The notes under the pieces are model-generated. The model saw only the letters and a program-made list of their open reading frames with translations. It ran no database searches and was not told where the DNA came from. Positions 50,201-64,000 of a stretch of DNA of 64,000 bases are shown here, one piece after another. How positions within the stretch are numbered: position 1 is the stretch's first letter; each line of letters starts with the position of its first letter. The DNA comes from Squalus acanthias (Eukaryota), in contig CM059438.1 in the NCBI GenBank assembly GCA_030390025.1, forward strand, positions 57,228,001-57,292,000, read 5' to 3'. Made by a program: the position numbers and the translations under genes.

Positions 50201-53200
50201 CCAGAGACTGACACTCCACCCAGGGAACACAGTTACCAGAGACTGACACTCCACCCAGGGAACACAGTTACCAGAGACTGACACTCCACCAGGGAACACA
50301 GTTACCAGAGACTGACACTCCACCAGGGAACACAGTTACCAGAGACTGACACTCCACCAGGGAACACAGTTACCAGAGACTGACACTCCACCAGGGAACA
50401 CAGTTACCAGAGACTGACACTCCACCAGGGAACACAGTTACCAGAGACTGACACTCCACCCAGGGAACACAGTTACCAGAGACTGACACTCCACCCAGGG
50501 AACACAGTTACCAGAGACTGACACTCCACCAGGGAACACAGTTACCAGAGACTGACACTCCACCCAGGGAACAGTTACCAGAGACTGACACTCCACCCAG
50601 GGAACACAGTTACCACAGACTGACACTCCACCCAGAGAACACAGTTACCAGAGACTGACACTCCACCAGGGAACACAGTTACCAGAGACTGACACTCCAC
50701 CCAGGGAACACAGTTACCAGAGACTGACACTCCACCCAGGGAACACAGTTACCAGAGACTGACACTCCACCCAGGGAACAGTTACCAGAGACTGACACTC
50801 CACCCAGGGAACACAGTTACCAGAGACTGACACTCCACCAGGGAACACAGTTACCAGAGACTGACACTCCACCCAGGGAACACAGTTACCAGAGACTGAC
50901 ACTCCACCCAGGGAACACAGTTACCAGAGACTGACACTCCACCAGGGAACACAGTTACCAGAGACTGACACTCCACCCAGGGAACAGTTACCAGAGAGTG
51001 ACACTCCACCAGGGAACACAGTTACCAGAGACTGACACTCCACCCAGGGAACACAGTTACCAGAGACTGACACTCCACCCAGGGAACACAGTTACCAGAG
51101 ACTGACACTCCACCCAGGGAACACAGTTACCAGAGACTGACACTCCACCAGGGAACACAGTTACCAGAGACTGACACTCCACCCAGGGAACACAGTTACC
51201 AGAGACTGACACTCCACCCAGGGAACACAGTTACCAGAGACTGACACTCCACCCAGGGAACACAGTTACCAGAGACTGACACTCCACCCAGGGAACACAG
51301 TTACCAGAGACTGACACTCCACCAGGGAACACAGTTACCAGAGACTGACACTCCACCAGGGAACACAGTTACCACAGACTGACACTCCACCCAGGGAAAA
51401 CAGTTACCAGAGACTGACACTCCACCCAGGGAACACAGTTACCAGAGACTGACACTCACCAGGGAACACAGTTACCACAGACTGACACTCCACCAGGGAA
51501 CACAGTTACCACAGACTGACACTCCACCCAGGGAACACAGTTACCAGAGAGTGACACTCCACCAGGGAACACAGTTACCAGAGACTGACACTCCACCAGG
51601 GAACACAGTTACCACAGACTGACACTCACCCAGGGAACACAGTTAGCAGAGACTGACACTCCACCAGGGAACACAGTTACCACAGACTGACACTCCACCC
51701 AGGGAACACAGTTACCAGAGACTGACACTCCACCAGGGAACACAGTTACCAGAGACTGACACTCCACCCAGGGAACACAGTTACCACAGACTGACACTCC
51801 ACCAGGGAACACAGTTACCAGAGACTGACACTCCACCCAGGGAACACAGTTACCAGAGACTGACACTCCACCCAGGGAACACAGTTACCAGAGACTGACA
51901 CTCCACCCAGGGAACACAGTTACCAGAGACTGACACTCCACCCAGGGAACAGTTACCAGAGACTGACACTCCACCCAGGGAACACAGTTACCAGAGACTG
52001 ACACTCCACCCAGAGAACACAGTTACCAGAACTGACACTCCAACCAGGGAACACAGTTACCAGAGACTGACACTCCACCCAGGGAACACAGTTACCAGAG
52101 ACTGACACTCCACCCAGGGAACACAGTTACCAGAGACTGACACTCCACCCAGGGAACACAGTTACCAGAGACTGACACTCCACCCAGGGAACAGTTACCA
52201 GAGACTGACACTCCACCCAGGGAACAGTTACCAGAGACTGACACTCCACCCAGGGAACACAGTTACCACAGACTGACACTCCACCAGGGAACACAGTTAC
52301 CAGAGACTGACACTCCACCCAGGGAACACAGTTACCAGAGACTGACACTCCACCCAGGGAACACAGTTACCAGAGACTGACACTCCACCCAGGGAACAGT
52401 TACCAGAGACTGACACTCCACCCAGGGAAACAGTTACCAGAGACTGACACTCCACCAGGGAACACAGTTACCAGAGACTGACACTCCACCCAGGGAACAC
52501 AGTTACCAGAGACTGACACTCCACCCAGGGAACACAGTTACCACAGACTGACACTCCACCCAGGGAACACAGTTACCAGAGACTGACACTCCACCAGGGA
52601 ACACAGTTACCAGAGACTGACACTCCACCCAGGGAACACAGTTACCAGAGACTGACACTCCACCCAGGGAACACAGTTACCAGAGACTGACACTCCACCC
52701 AGGGAACACAGTTACCAGAGACTGACACTCCACCAGGGAACACAGTTACCAGAGACTGACACTCCACCCAGGGAACACAGTTACCAGAGACTGACACTCC
52801 ACCCAGGGAACACAGTTACCAGAGACTGACACTCCACCCAGGGAACACAGTTACCAGAGACTGACACTCCACCAGGGAACACAGTTACCAGAGACTGACA
52901 CTCCACCCAGGGAACACAGTTACCAGAGACTGACACTCCACCAGGGAACACAGTTACCACAGACTGACACTCCACCCAGGGAACACAGTTACCAGAGACT
53001 GACACTCCACCCAGGGAACACAGTTACCAGAGACTGACACTCCACCCAGGGAACACAGTTACCAGAGACTGACACTCCACCCAGGGAACACAGTTACCAG
53101 AGACTGACACTCCACCCAGGGAACACAGTTACCACAGACTGACACTCCACCCAGGAACACAGTTACCACAGACTGACACTCCACCCAGGGAACACAGTTA

Positions 53201-56200
53201 CCAGAGACTGACACTCCACCAGGGAACACAGTTACCAGAGACTGACACTCCACCCAGGGAACACAGTTACCAGAGACTGACACTCCACCAGGGAACACAG
53301 TTACCACAGACTGACACTCCACCCAGGGAACACAGTTACCACAGACTGACACTCCACCAGGGAACACAGTTACCAGAGACTGACACTCCACCAGGGAACA
53401 CAGTTACCAGAGACTGACACTCCACCCAGGGAACACAGTTACCACAGACTGACACTCCACCAGGGAACACAGTTACCAGAGACTGACACTCCACCCAGGG
53501 AACACAGTTACCAGAGACTGACACTCCACCCAGGGAACACAGTTACCAGAGACTGACACTCCACCCAGGGAACACAGTTACCAGAGACTGACACTCCACC
53601 CAGGGAACACAGTTACCAGAGACTGACACTCCACCCAGGGAACACAGTTACCAGAGACTGACACTCCACCCAGGGAACACAGTTACCAGAGACTGACACT
53701 CCACCCAGGGAACACAGTTACCACAGACTGACACTCCACCCAGGGAACACAGTTACCAGAGACTGACACTCCACCAGGGAACACAGTTACCAGAGACTGA
53801 CACTCCACCCAGGGAACACAGTTACCAGAGACTGACACTCCACCAGGGAACACAGTTACCAGAGACTGACACTCCACCCAGGGAACACAGTTACCAGAGA
53901 CTGACACTCCACCCAGGGAACACAGTTACCAGAGACTGACACTCCACCCAGGGAACACAGTTACCAGAGACTGACACTCCACCCAGGGAACACAGTTACC
54001 AGAGACTGACACTCCACCCAGGGAACACAGTTACCAGAGACTGACACTCCACCCAGGGAACACAGTTACCAGAGACTGACACTCCACCCAGGGAACACAG
54101 TTACCAGAGACTGACACTCCACCCAGGGAACACAGTTACCAGAGACTGACACTCCACCAGGGAACACAGTTACCAGAGACTGACACTCCACCCAGGGAAC
54201 ACAGTTACCAGAGACTGACACTCCACACAGGGAACACAGTTACCAGAGACTGACACTCCACCAGGGAACACAGTTACCAGAGACTGACACTCCACCAGGG
54301 AACACAGTTACACAGACTGAAACTCCACCAGGGAACACAGTTACCAGAGACTGACACTCCACCAGGGAACACAGTTACCAGAGACTGACACTCCACCAGG
54401 GAACACAGTTACCAGAGACTGACACTCCACCCAGGGAACACAGTTACCACAGACTGACACTCCACCCAGGGAAAACAGTTACCAAGACTGACACTCCACC
54501 CAGGGAACACAGTTACCAGAGACTGACACTCTACCAGGGAACACAGTTACCACAGACTGACACTCCACCAGGGAACATAGTTACCACAGACTGACACTCC
54601 ACCCAGGGAAAACAGTTAGCAGAGACTGACACTCACCAGGGAACACAGTTACCAGAGACTGACACTCACCAGGGAACACAGTTACCAGAGACTGACACTC
54701 ACCCAGGGAACACAGTTACCAGAGACTGACACTCCACCAGGGAACACAGTTACCACAGACTGACACTCCACCCAGGGAACACAGTTACCACAGACTGACA
54801 CTCCACCAGGGAACACAGTTACCAGAGACTGACACTCCACCCAGGGAACACAGTTACCACAGACTGACACTCCACCCAGGGAACACAGTTACCAGAGACT
54901 GACACTCCACCCAGGGAACACAGTTACCAGAGACTGACACTCCACCCAGGGAACACAGTTACCAGAGACTGACACTCCACCCAGGGAACACAGTTACCAG
55001 AGACTGACACTCCACCCAGGGAACACAGTTACCAGAGACTGACACTCCACCCAGGGAACACAGTTACCAGAGACTGACACTCCACCCAGGGAACACAGTT
55101 ACCAGAGACTGACACTCCACCCAGGGAACACAGTTACCAGAGACTGACACTCCACCCAGGGAACACAGTTACCAGAGACTGACACTCCACCCAGGGAACA
55201 CAGTTACCAGAGACTGACACTCCACCCAGGGAACAGTTACCAGAGACTGACACTCCACCCAGGGAACACAGTTACCAGAGACTGACACTCCACCCAGGGA
55301 ACACAGTTACCAGAGACTGACACTCCACCCAGGGAACACAGTTACCAGAGACTGACACTCCACCCAGGGAACACAGTTACCAGAGACTGACACTCCACCC
55401 AGGGAACACAGTTACCAGAGACTGACACTCCACCCAGGGAACACAGTTACCAGAGACTGACACTCCACCCAGGGAACACAGTTACCAGAGACTGACACTC
55501 CACCAGGGAACACAGTTACCAGAGACTGACACTCCACCAGGGAACACAGTTACCAGAGACTGACACTCCACCCAGGGAACACAGTTACCAGAGACTGACA
55601 CTCCACCCAGGGAACACAGTTACCAGAGACTGACACTCCACCCAGGGAACACAGTTACCAGAGACTGACACTCCACCAGGGAACACAGTTACCAGAGACT
55701 GACACTCCACCCAGGGAACACAGTTACCAGAGACTGACACTCCACCAGGGAACACAGTTACCAGAGACTGACACTCCACCCAGGGAACACAGTTACCAGA
55801 GACTGACACTCCACCCAGGGAACACAGTTACCAGAGACTGACACTCCACCCAGGGAACACAGTTACCAGAGACTGACACTCCACCCAGGGAACACAGTTA
55901 CCAGAGACTGACACTCCACCAGGGAACACAGTTACCAGAGACTGACACTCCACCCAGGGAACACAGTTACCAGAGACTGACACTCCACCCAGGGAACACA
56001 GTTACCAGAGACTGACACTCCACCCAGGGAACACAGTTACCAGAGACTGACACTCCACCCAGGGAACACAGTTACCAGAGACTGACACTCCACCCAGGGA
56101 ACACAGTTACCAGAGACTGACACTCCACCAGGGAACACAGTTACCAGAGACTGACACTCCACCCAGGGAACACAGTTACCAGAGACTGACACTCCACCCA

Positions 56201-59200
56201 GGGAACACAGTTACCAGAGACTGACACTCCACCCAGGGAACACAGTTACCAGAGACTGACACTCCACCCAGGGAACACAGTTACCAGAGACTGACACTCC
56301 ACCCAGGGAACACAGTTACCAGAGACTGACACTCCACCCAGGGAACACAGTTACCACAGACTGACACTCCACCCAGGGAACACAGTTACCAGAGACTGAC
56401 ACTCCACCAGGGAACACAGTTACCAGAGACTGACACTCCACCCAGGGAACACAGTTACCAGAGACTGACACTCCACCCAGGAACACAGTTACCAGAGACT
56501 GACACTCCACCAGGGAACACAGTTACCAGAGACTGACACTCCACCAGGGAACACAGTTACCACAGACTGACACTCCACCCAGGGAACACAGTTACCAGAG
56601 ACTGACACTCCACCCAGGGAACACAGTTACCAGAGACTGACACTCCACCCAGGGAACACAGTTACCAGAGACTGACACTCCACCCAGGGAACACAGTTAC
56701 CAGAGACTGACACTCCACCCAGGGAACACAGTTACCAGAGACTGACACTCCACCAGGGAACACAGTTACCAGAGACTGACACTCCACCCAGGGAACACAG
56801 TTACCAGAGACTGACACTCCACCCAGGGAACACAGTTACCAGAGACTGACACTCCACCCAGGGAACACAGTTACCAGAGACTGACACTCCACCAGGGAAC
56901 ACAGTTACCAGAGACTGACACTCCACCCAGGGAACACAGTTACCAGAGACTGACACTCCACCCAGGGAACACAGTTACCAGAGACTGACACTCCACCAGG
57001 GAACACAGTTACCAGAGACTGACACTCCACCAGGGAACACAGTTACCAGAGACTGACACTCCACCCAGGGAACACAGTTACCAGAGACTGACACTCCACC
57101 CAGGGAACACAGTTACCAGAGACTGACACTCCACCAGGGAACACAGTTACCAGAGACTGACACTCCACCCAGGGAACACAGTTACCAGAGACTGACACTC
57201 CACCCAGGGAACACAGTTACCAGAGACTGACACTCCACCCAGGGAACACAGTTACCAGAGACTGACACTCCACCCAGGGAACACAGTTACCAGAGACTGA
57301 CACTCCACCCAGGGAACACAGTTACCAGAGACTGACACTCCACCCAGGGAACACAGTTACCAGAGACTGACACTCCACCCAGGGAACACAGTTACCACAG
57401 ACTGACACTCCACCAGGGAACACAGTTACCAGAGACTGACACTCCACCAGGGAACACAGTTACCACAGACTGACACTCCACCCAGGGAACACAGTTACCA
57501 GAGACTGACACTCCACCCAGGGAACACAGTTACCAGAGACTGACACTCCACCCAGGGAACACAGTTACCAGAGACTGACACTCCACCCAGGGAACACAGT
57601 TACCAGAGACTGACACTCCACCCAGGGAACACAGTTACCAGAGACTGACACTCCACCCAGGGAACACAGTTACCAGAGACTGACACTCCACCAGGGAACA
57701 CAGTTACCAGAGACTGACACTCCACCCAGGGAACACAGTTACCAGAGACTGACACTCCACCCAGGGAACACAGTTACCAGAGACTGACACTCCACCCAGG
57801 GAACACAGTTACCAGAGACTGACACTCCACCCAGGGAACACAGTTACCAGAGACTGACACTCCACCCAGGGAACACAGTTACCAGAGACTGACACTCCAC
57901 CAGGGAACACAGTTACCAGAGACTGACACTCCACCCAGGGAACACAGTTACCAGAGACTGACACTCCACCCAGGGAACACAGTTACCAGAGACTGACACT
58001 CCACCAGGGAACACAGTTACCAGAGACTGACACTCCACCCAGGGAACACAGTTACCAGAGACTGACACTCCACCCAGGGAACACAGTTACCAGAGACTGA
58101 CACTCCACCCAGGGAACACAGTTACCAGAGACTGACACTCCACCCAGGGAACACAGTTACCAGAGACTGACACTCCACCCAGGGAACACAGTTACCAGAG
58201 ACTGACACTCCACCCAGGGAACACAGTTACCAGAGACTGACACTCCACCCAGGGAACACAGTTACCAGAGACTGACACTCCACCCAGGGAACACAGTTAC
58301 CACAGACTGACACTCCACCAGGGAACACAGTTACCAGAGACTGACACTCCACCCAGGGAACACAGTTACCAGAGACTGACACTCCACCCAGGGAACACAG
58401 TTACCACAGACTGACACTCCACCCAGGGAACACAGTTACCAGAGACTGACACTCCACCCAGGGAACACAGTTACCAGAGACTGACACTCCACCCAGGGAA
58501 CACAGTTACCAGAGACTGACACTCCACCCAGGAACACAGTTACCAGAGACTGACACTCCACCAGGGAACACAGTTACCACAGACTGACACTCCACCAGGG
58601 AACACAGTTACCAGAGACTGACACTCCACCAGGGAACACAGTTACCACAGACTGACACTCCACCCAGGGAACACAGTTACCAGAGACTGACACTCCACCC
58701 AGGGAACACAGTTACCAGAGACTGACACTACACCCAGGGAACACAGTTACCAGAGACTGACACTCCACCCAGGGAACACAGTTACCAGAGACTGACACTC
58801 CACCCAGGGAACACAGTTACCACAGACTGACACTCCACCCAGGGAACACAGTTACCAGAGACTGACACTCCACCCAGGGAACACAGTTACCAGAGACTGA
58901 CACTCCACCCAGGGAACACAGTTACCAGAGACTGACACTCCACCCAGGAACACAGTTACCAGAGACTGACACTCCACCAGGGAACACAGTTACCAGAGAC
59001 TGACACTCCACCAGGGAACACAGTTACCAGAGACTGACACTCCACCCAGGGAACACAGTTACCAGAGACTGACACTCCACCAGGGAACACAGTTACCACA
59101 GACTGACACTCCACCCAGGGAACACAGTTACCAGAGACTGACACTCCACCCAGGGAACACAGTTACCAGAGACTGACACTCCACCCAGGGAACACAGTTA

Positions 59201-62200
59201 CCAGAGACTGACACTCCACCCAGGGAACACAGTTACCAGAGACTGACACTCCACCCAGGGAACACAGTTACCAGAGACTGACACTCCACCAGGAACACAG
59301 TTACCAGAGACTGACACTCCACCCAGGGAACACAGTTACCAGAGACTGACACTCCACCCAGGGAACACAGTTACCAGAGACTGACACTCCACCCAGGGAA
59401 CACAGTTACCAGAGACTGACACTCCACCCAGGGAACACAGTTACCAGAGACTGACACTCCACCCAGGGAACACAGTTACCAGAGACTGACACTCCACCCA
59501 GGGAACACAGTTACCACAGACTGACACTCCACCCAGGGAACACAGTTACCAGAGACTGACACTCCACCCAGGGAACACAGTTACCAGAGACTGACACTCC
59601 ACCCAGGGAAGCACAGTTACCAGAGACTGACACTCCACCCAGGGAACACAGTTACCAGAGACTGACACTCCACCCAGGGAACACAGTTACCAGAGACTGA
59701 CACTCCACCAGGGAACACAGTTACCAGAGACTGACACTCCACCCAGGGAACACAGTTACCAGAGACTGACACTCCACCAGGGAACACAGTTACCAGAGAC
59801 TGACACTCCACCCAGGGAACACAGTTACCACAGACTGACACTCCACCAGGGAACACAGTTACCAGAGACTGACACTCCACCCAGGGAACACAGTTACCAG
59901 AGACTGACACTCCACCCAGGGAACACAGTTACCAGAGACTGACACTCCACCCAGGGAACACAGTTACCAGAGACTGACACTCCACCCAGGGAACACAGTT
60001 ACCAGAGACTGACACTCCACCCAGGGAACACAGTTACCAGAGACTGACACTCCACCCAGGGAACACAGTTACCAGAGACTGACACTCCACCCAGGGAACA
60101 CAGTTACCACAGACTGACACTCCACCCAGGGAACACAGTTACCACAGACTGACACTCCACCCAGGGAACACAGTTACCAGAGACTGACACTCCACCCAGG
60201 GAACACAGTTACCAGAGACTGACACTCCACCCAGGGAACACAGTTACCAGAGACTGACACTCCACCCAGGGAACACAGTTACCAGAGACTGACACTCCAC
60301 CAGGGAACACAGTTACCAGAGACTGACACTCCACCCAGGGAACACAGTTACCAGAGACTGACACTCCACCCAGGGAACACAGTTACCAGAGACTGACACT
60401 CCACCCAGGGAACACAGTTACCAGAGACTGACACTCCACCAGGGAACACAGTTACCAGAGACTGACACTCCACCCAGGGAACACAGTTACCAGAGACTGA
60501 CACTCCACCAGGGAACACAGTTACCAGAGACTGACACTCCACCCAGGGAACACAGTTACCAGAGACTGACACTCCACCAGGGAACACAGTTACCAGAGAC
60601 TGACACTCCACCCAGGGAACACAGTTACCACAGACTGACACTCCACCCAGGAACACAGTTACCAGAGACTGACACTCACCAGGGAACACAGTTACCAGAG
60701 ACTGACACTCCACCAGGGAACACAGTTACCAGAGACTGACACTCCACCAGGGAACACAGTTACCACAGACTGACACTCCACCCAGGGAACACAGTTACCA
60801 GAGACTGACACTCCACCCAGGGAACACAGTTACCAGAGACTGACACTCCACCCAGGGAACACAGTTACCAGAGACTGACACTCCACCCAGGGAACACAGT
60901 TACCACAGACTGACACTCCACCAGGGAACACAGTTACCAGAGACTGACACTCCACCCAGGGAACACAGTTACCACAGACTGACACTCCACCCAGGGAACA
61001 CAGTTACCAGAGACTGACACTCCACCCAGGGAACACAGTTACCAGAGACTGACACTCCACCAGGGAACACAGTTACCAGAGACTGACACTCCACCCAGGG
61101 AACACAGTTACCAGAGACTGACACTCCACCCAGGGAACACAGTTACCAGAGACTGACACTCCACCCAGGGAACACAGTTACCAGAGAGACACTGACTGAC
61201 ACCGACTCCACCCAAGGAACACAGTTACAGAGATGACACTCACCAGGGAACAGTTACCAGAGACCACCAACTGGAACCAGACCATAGACTGACACTCACC
61301 CAGGAACACAGTTACCAGAGACTGACACTCCACCCAGAGAACACAGTTGACACTCCCCAGGGAGACAGACAGAGACTGACACTCCACCCAGGAACACAGT
61401 TAGCCAGAGACTGACACTCCACCCAGGAGAACACAGTTACCAGAGACTGACACTCCACCCAGGGAACAAAGTTACCACAGACTGACACTCCACCCAGGGA
61501 ACACAGTTACCAGAGACTGACACTCCACCAGGAACACAGTTACCAGAGACTGACACTCCACCCAGGGAACACAGTTACCAGAGACTGACACTCCACCCAG
61601 GGAACACAGTTACCAGAGACTGACACTCCACCCAGGGAACACAGTTACCACAGACTGACACTCCACCCAGGGAACACAGTTACCAGAGACTGACACTCCA
61701 CCAGGGAACACAGTTACCAGAGACTGACACTCCACCCAGGGAACACAGTTACCAGAGACTGACACTCCACCCAGGGAACACAGTTACCAGAGACTGACAC
61801 TCCACCCAGGGAACACAGTTACCAGAGACTGACACTCCACCCAGGGAACACAGTTACCAGAGACTGACACTCCACCCAGGGAACACAGTTACCAGATGCT
61901 GACACTCCACCAGGGAACACAGTTACCAGAGACTCACATTCCACCGGGGAACACAGTTACCAGAGACTGACACCCCACCCAGAGAACACAGTTACCAGAG
62001 ACTGACACTCCACTCAGGGAACACAGTTACCAGAGACTGACACTCCACCCAGGGAACACAGTTACCAGAGACTGACACTCCACCCAGGGAACACAGTTAC
62101 CAGAGACTGACACTCCACCCAGGGAACACAGTTACCAGAGACTGACACTCCACCCAGGGAACACAGTTACCAGAGACTGACACTCCACCCAGGGAACACA

Positions 62201-64000
62201 GTTACCAGAGACTGACACTCCACCCAGGGAACACAGTTACCAGAGACTGACACTCCACCAGGGAACACAGTTACCAGAGACTGACACTCCACCAGGGAAC
62301 ACAGTTACCAGAGACTGACACTCCACCCAGGGAACACAGTTACCAGAGACTGACACTCCACCAGGGAACACAGTTACCAGAGACTGACACTCCACCCAGG
62401 GAACACAGTTACCAGAGACTGACACTCCACCCAGGGAAACAGTTACCAGAGACTGACACTCCACCAGGGAACACAGTTACCACAGACTGACACTCCACCC
62501 AGGGAACACAGTTACCAGAGACTGACACTCCACCCAGGGAACACAGTTACCAGAGACTGACACTCCACCCAGGGAACACAGTTACCAGAGACTGACACTC
62601 CACCCAGGGAACACAGTTACCAGAGACTGACACTCCACCCAGGGAACACAGTTACCAGAGACTGACACTCCACCCAGGGAACACAGTTACCAGAGACTGA
62701 CACTCCACCCAGGGAACACAGTTACCAGAGACTGACACTCCACCCAGGGAACACAGTTACCAGAGACTGACACTCCACCCAGGGAACACAGTTACCACAG
62801 ACTGACACTCCACCCAGGGAACACAGTTACCAGAGACTGACACTCCACCCAGGGAACACAGTTACCAGAGACTGACACTCCACCAGGGAACACAGTTACC
62901 AGAGACTGACACTCCACCCAGGGAACACAGTTACCAGAGACTGACACTCCACCAGGGAACACAGTTACCAGAGACTGACACTCCACCCAGGGAACACAGT
63001 TACCACAGACTGACACTCCACCCAGGGAACACAGTTACCAGAGACTGACACTCCACCAGGGAACACAGTTACCAGAGACTGACACTCCACCAGGGAACAC
63101 AGTTACCAGAGACTGACACTCCACCCAGGGAACACAGTTACCAGAGACTGACACTCCACCCAGGAACACAGTTACCAGAGACTGACACTCCACCCAGGGA
63201 ACACAGTTACCAGAGACTGACACTCCACCAGGGAACACAGTTACCAGAGACTGACACTCCACCCAGGGAACACAGTTACCAGAGACTGACACTCCACCAG
63301 GGAACACAGTTACCAGAGACTGACACTCCACCCAGGGAACACAGTTACCACAGACTGACACTCCACCAGGGAACACAGTTACCAGAGACTGACACTCCAC
63401 CAGGGAACACAGTTACCAGAGACTGACACTCCACCCAGGGAACACAGTTACCAGAGACTGACACTCCACCAGGGAACACAGTTACCAGAGACTGACACTC
63501 CACCAGGGAACACAGTTACCACAGACTGACACTCCACCCAGGGAACACAGTTACCAGAGACTGACACTCCACCCAGGAACACAGTTACCAGAGACTGACA
63601 CTCCACCCAGGGAACACAGTTACCACAGACTGACACTCCACCCAGGGAACACAGTTACCAGAGACTGACACTCACCCAGGAACACAGTTACCAGAGACTG
63701 ACACTCCACCCAGGGAACACAGTTACCAGAGACTGACACTCCACCCAGGGAACACAGTTACCAGAGACTGACACTCCACCCAGGGAACACAGTTACCAGA
63801 GACTGACACTCCACCCAGGGAACACAGTTACCAGCAGACTGACACTCCACCAGGGAACACAGTTACCAGAGACTGACACTCACCCAGGGAACACAGTTAC
63901 CAGAGACTGACACTCCACCCAGGGAACACAGTTACCAGAGACTGACACTCCACCCAGGAAAGACAGTTACCAGAGACTGACACTCCACCCAGGGAACACA
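23208..64000. repeat. Satellite/minisatellite array, 35-bp monomer GGGAACACAGTTACCAGAGACTGACACTCCACCCA (34- and 33-bp variants), roughly 1,170 copies, running off the window
   Basis: Uninterrupted head-to-tail repeats with no unique spacers. The ORF track shows a 23-aa (35+34 bp) periodicity. Confidence 0.99.

Noticed and set aside
61178..61440. Scrambled monomers as an insertion or recombination junction
   Set aside because: The stretch is made of indel-ridden monomer fragments, typical of a low-quality read segment.
23080..63636. Dozens of SVSGNCVPWVECQSLVTVFPGG ORFs
   Set aside because: They are translations of the satellite. The 35-bp unit is not a multiple of three, and the ORFs arise from chance mixes of 35-, 34- and 33-bp units.
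23208..64000. CRISPR array (35-bp repeats)
   Set aside because: The repeats are head-to-tail with no unique spacers, there are no cas genes, and the context is eukaryotic.

Overview
This is vertebrate nuclear DNA, very probably a cartilaginous fish (shark or ray), judged from the SINE, LINE and Harbinger families present. It is not prokaryotic and has no CRISPR array. Bases 1-23.2 kb are a dense patchwork of nested transposable elements: DeuSINEs, L2 and CR1 LINEs, Penelope-like short elements with hammerhead-ribozyme-like cores, and Harbinger elements and MITEs. One CR1 is young, with an intact 955-codon EN-RT ORF2. That ORF has no AUG before the endonuclease domain and is reachable from ORF1 by a -1 shift at a U_UUA_AAC heptamer. 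Between the repeats, and missed by the ORF track, is a degraded minus-strand gene with six candidate exons (23211 to about 1247). It has GT-AG sites, compatible phases at four of five junctions, a signal-peptide-like N-terminus and a Cys-rich RYTCN-type pentapeptide repeat; I cannot name the gene. Bases ~23.2-64 kb are one >40 kb satellite of 35-bp monomers. Its terminal copy forms the putative splice acceptor of the first visible exon of that pseudogene. Family names come from recognising sequence, not from database searches.
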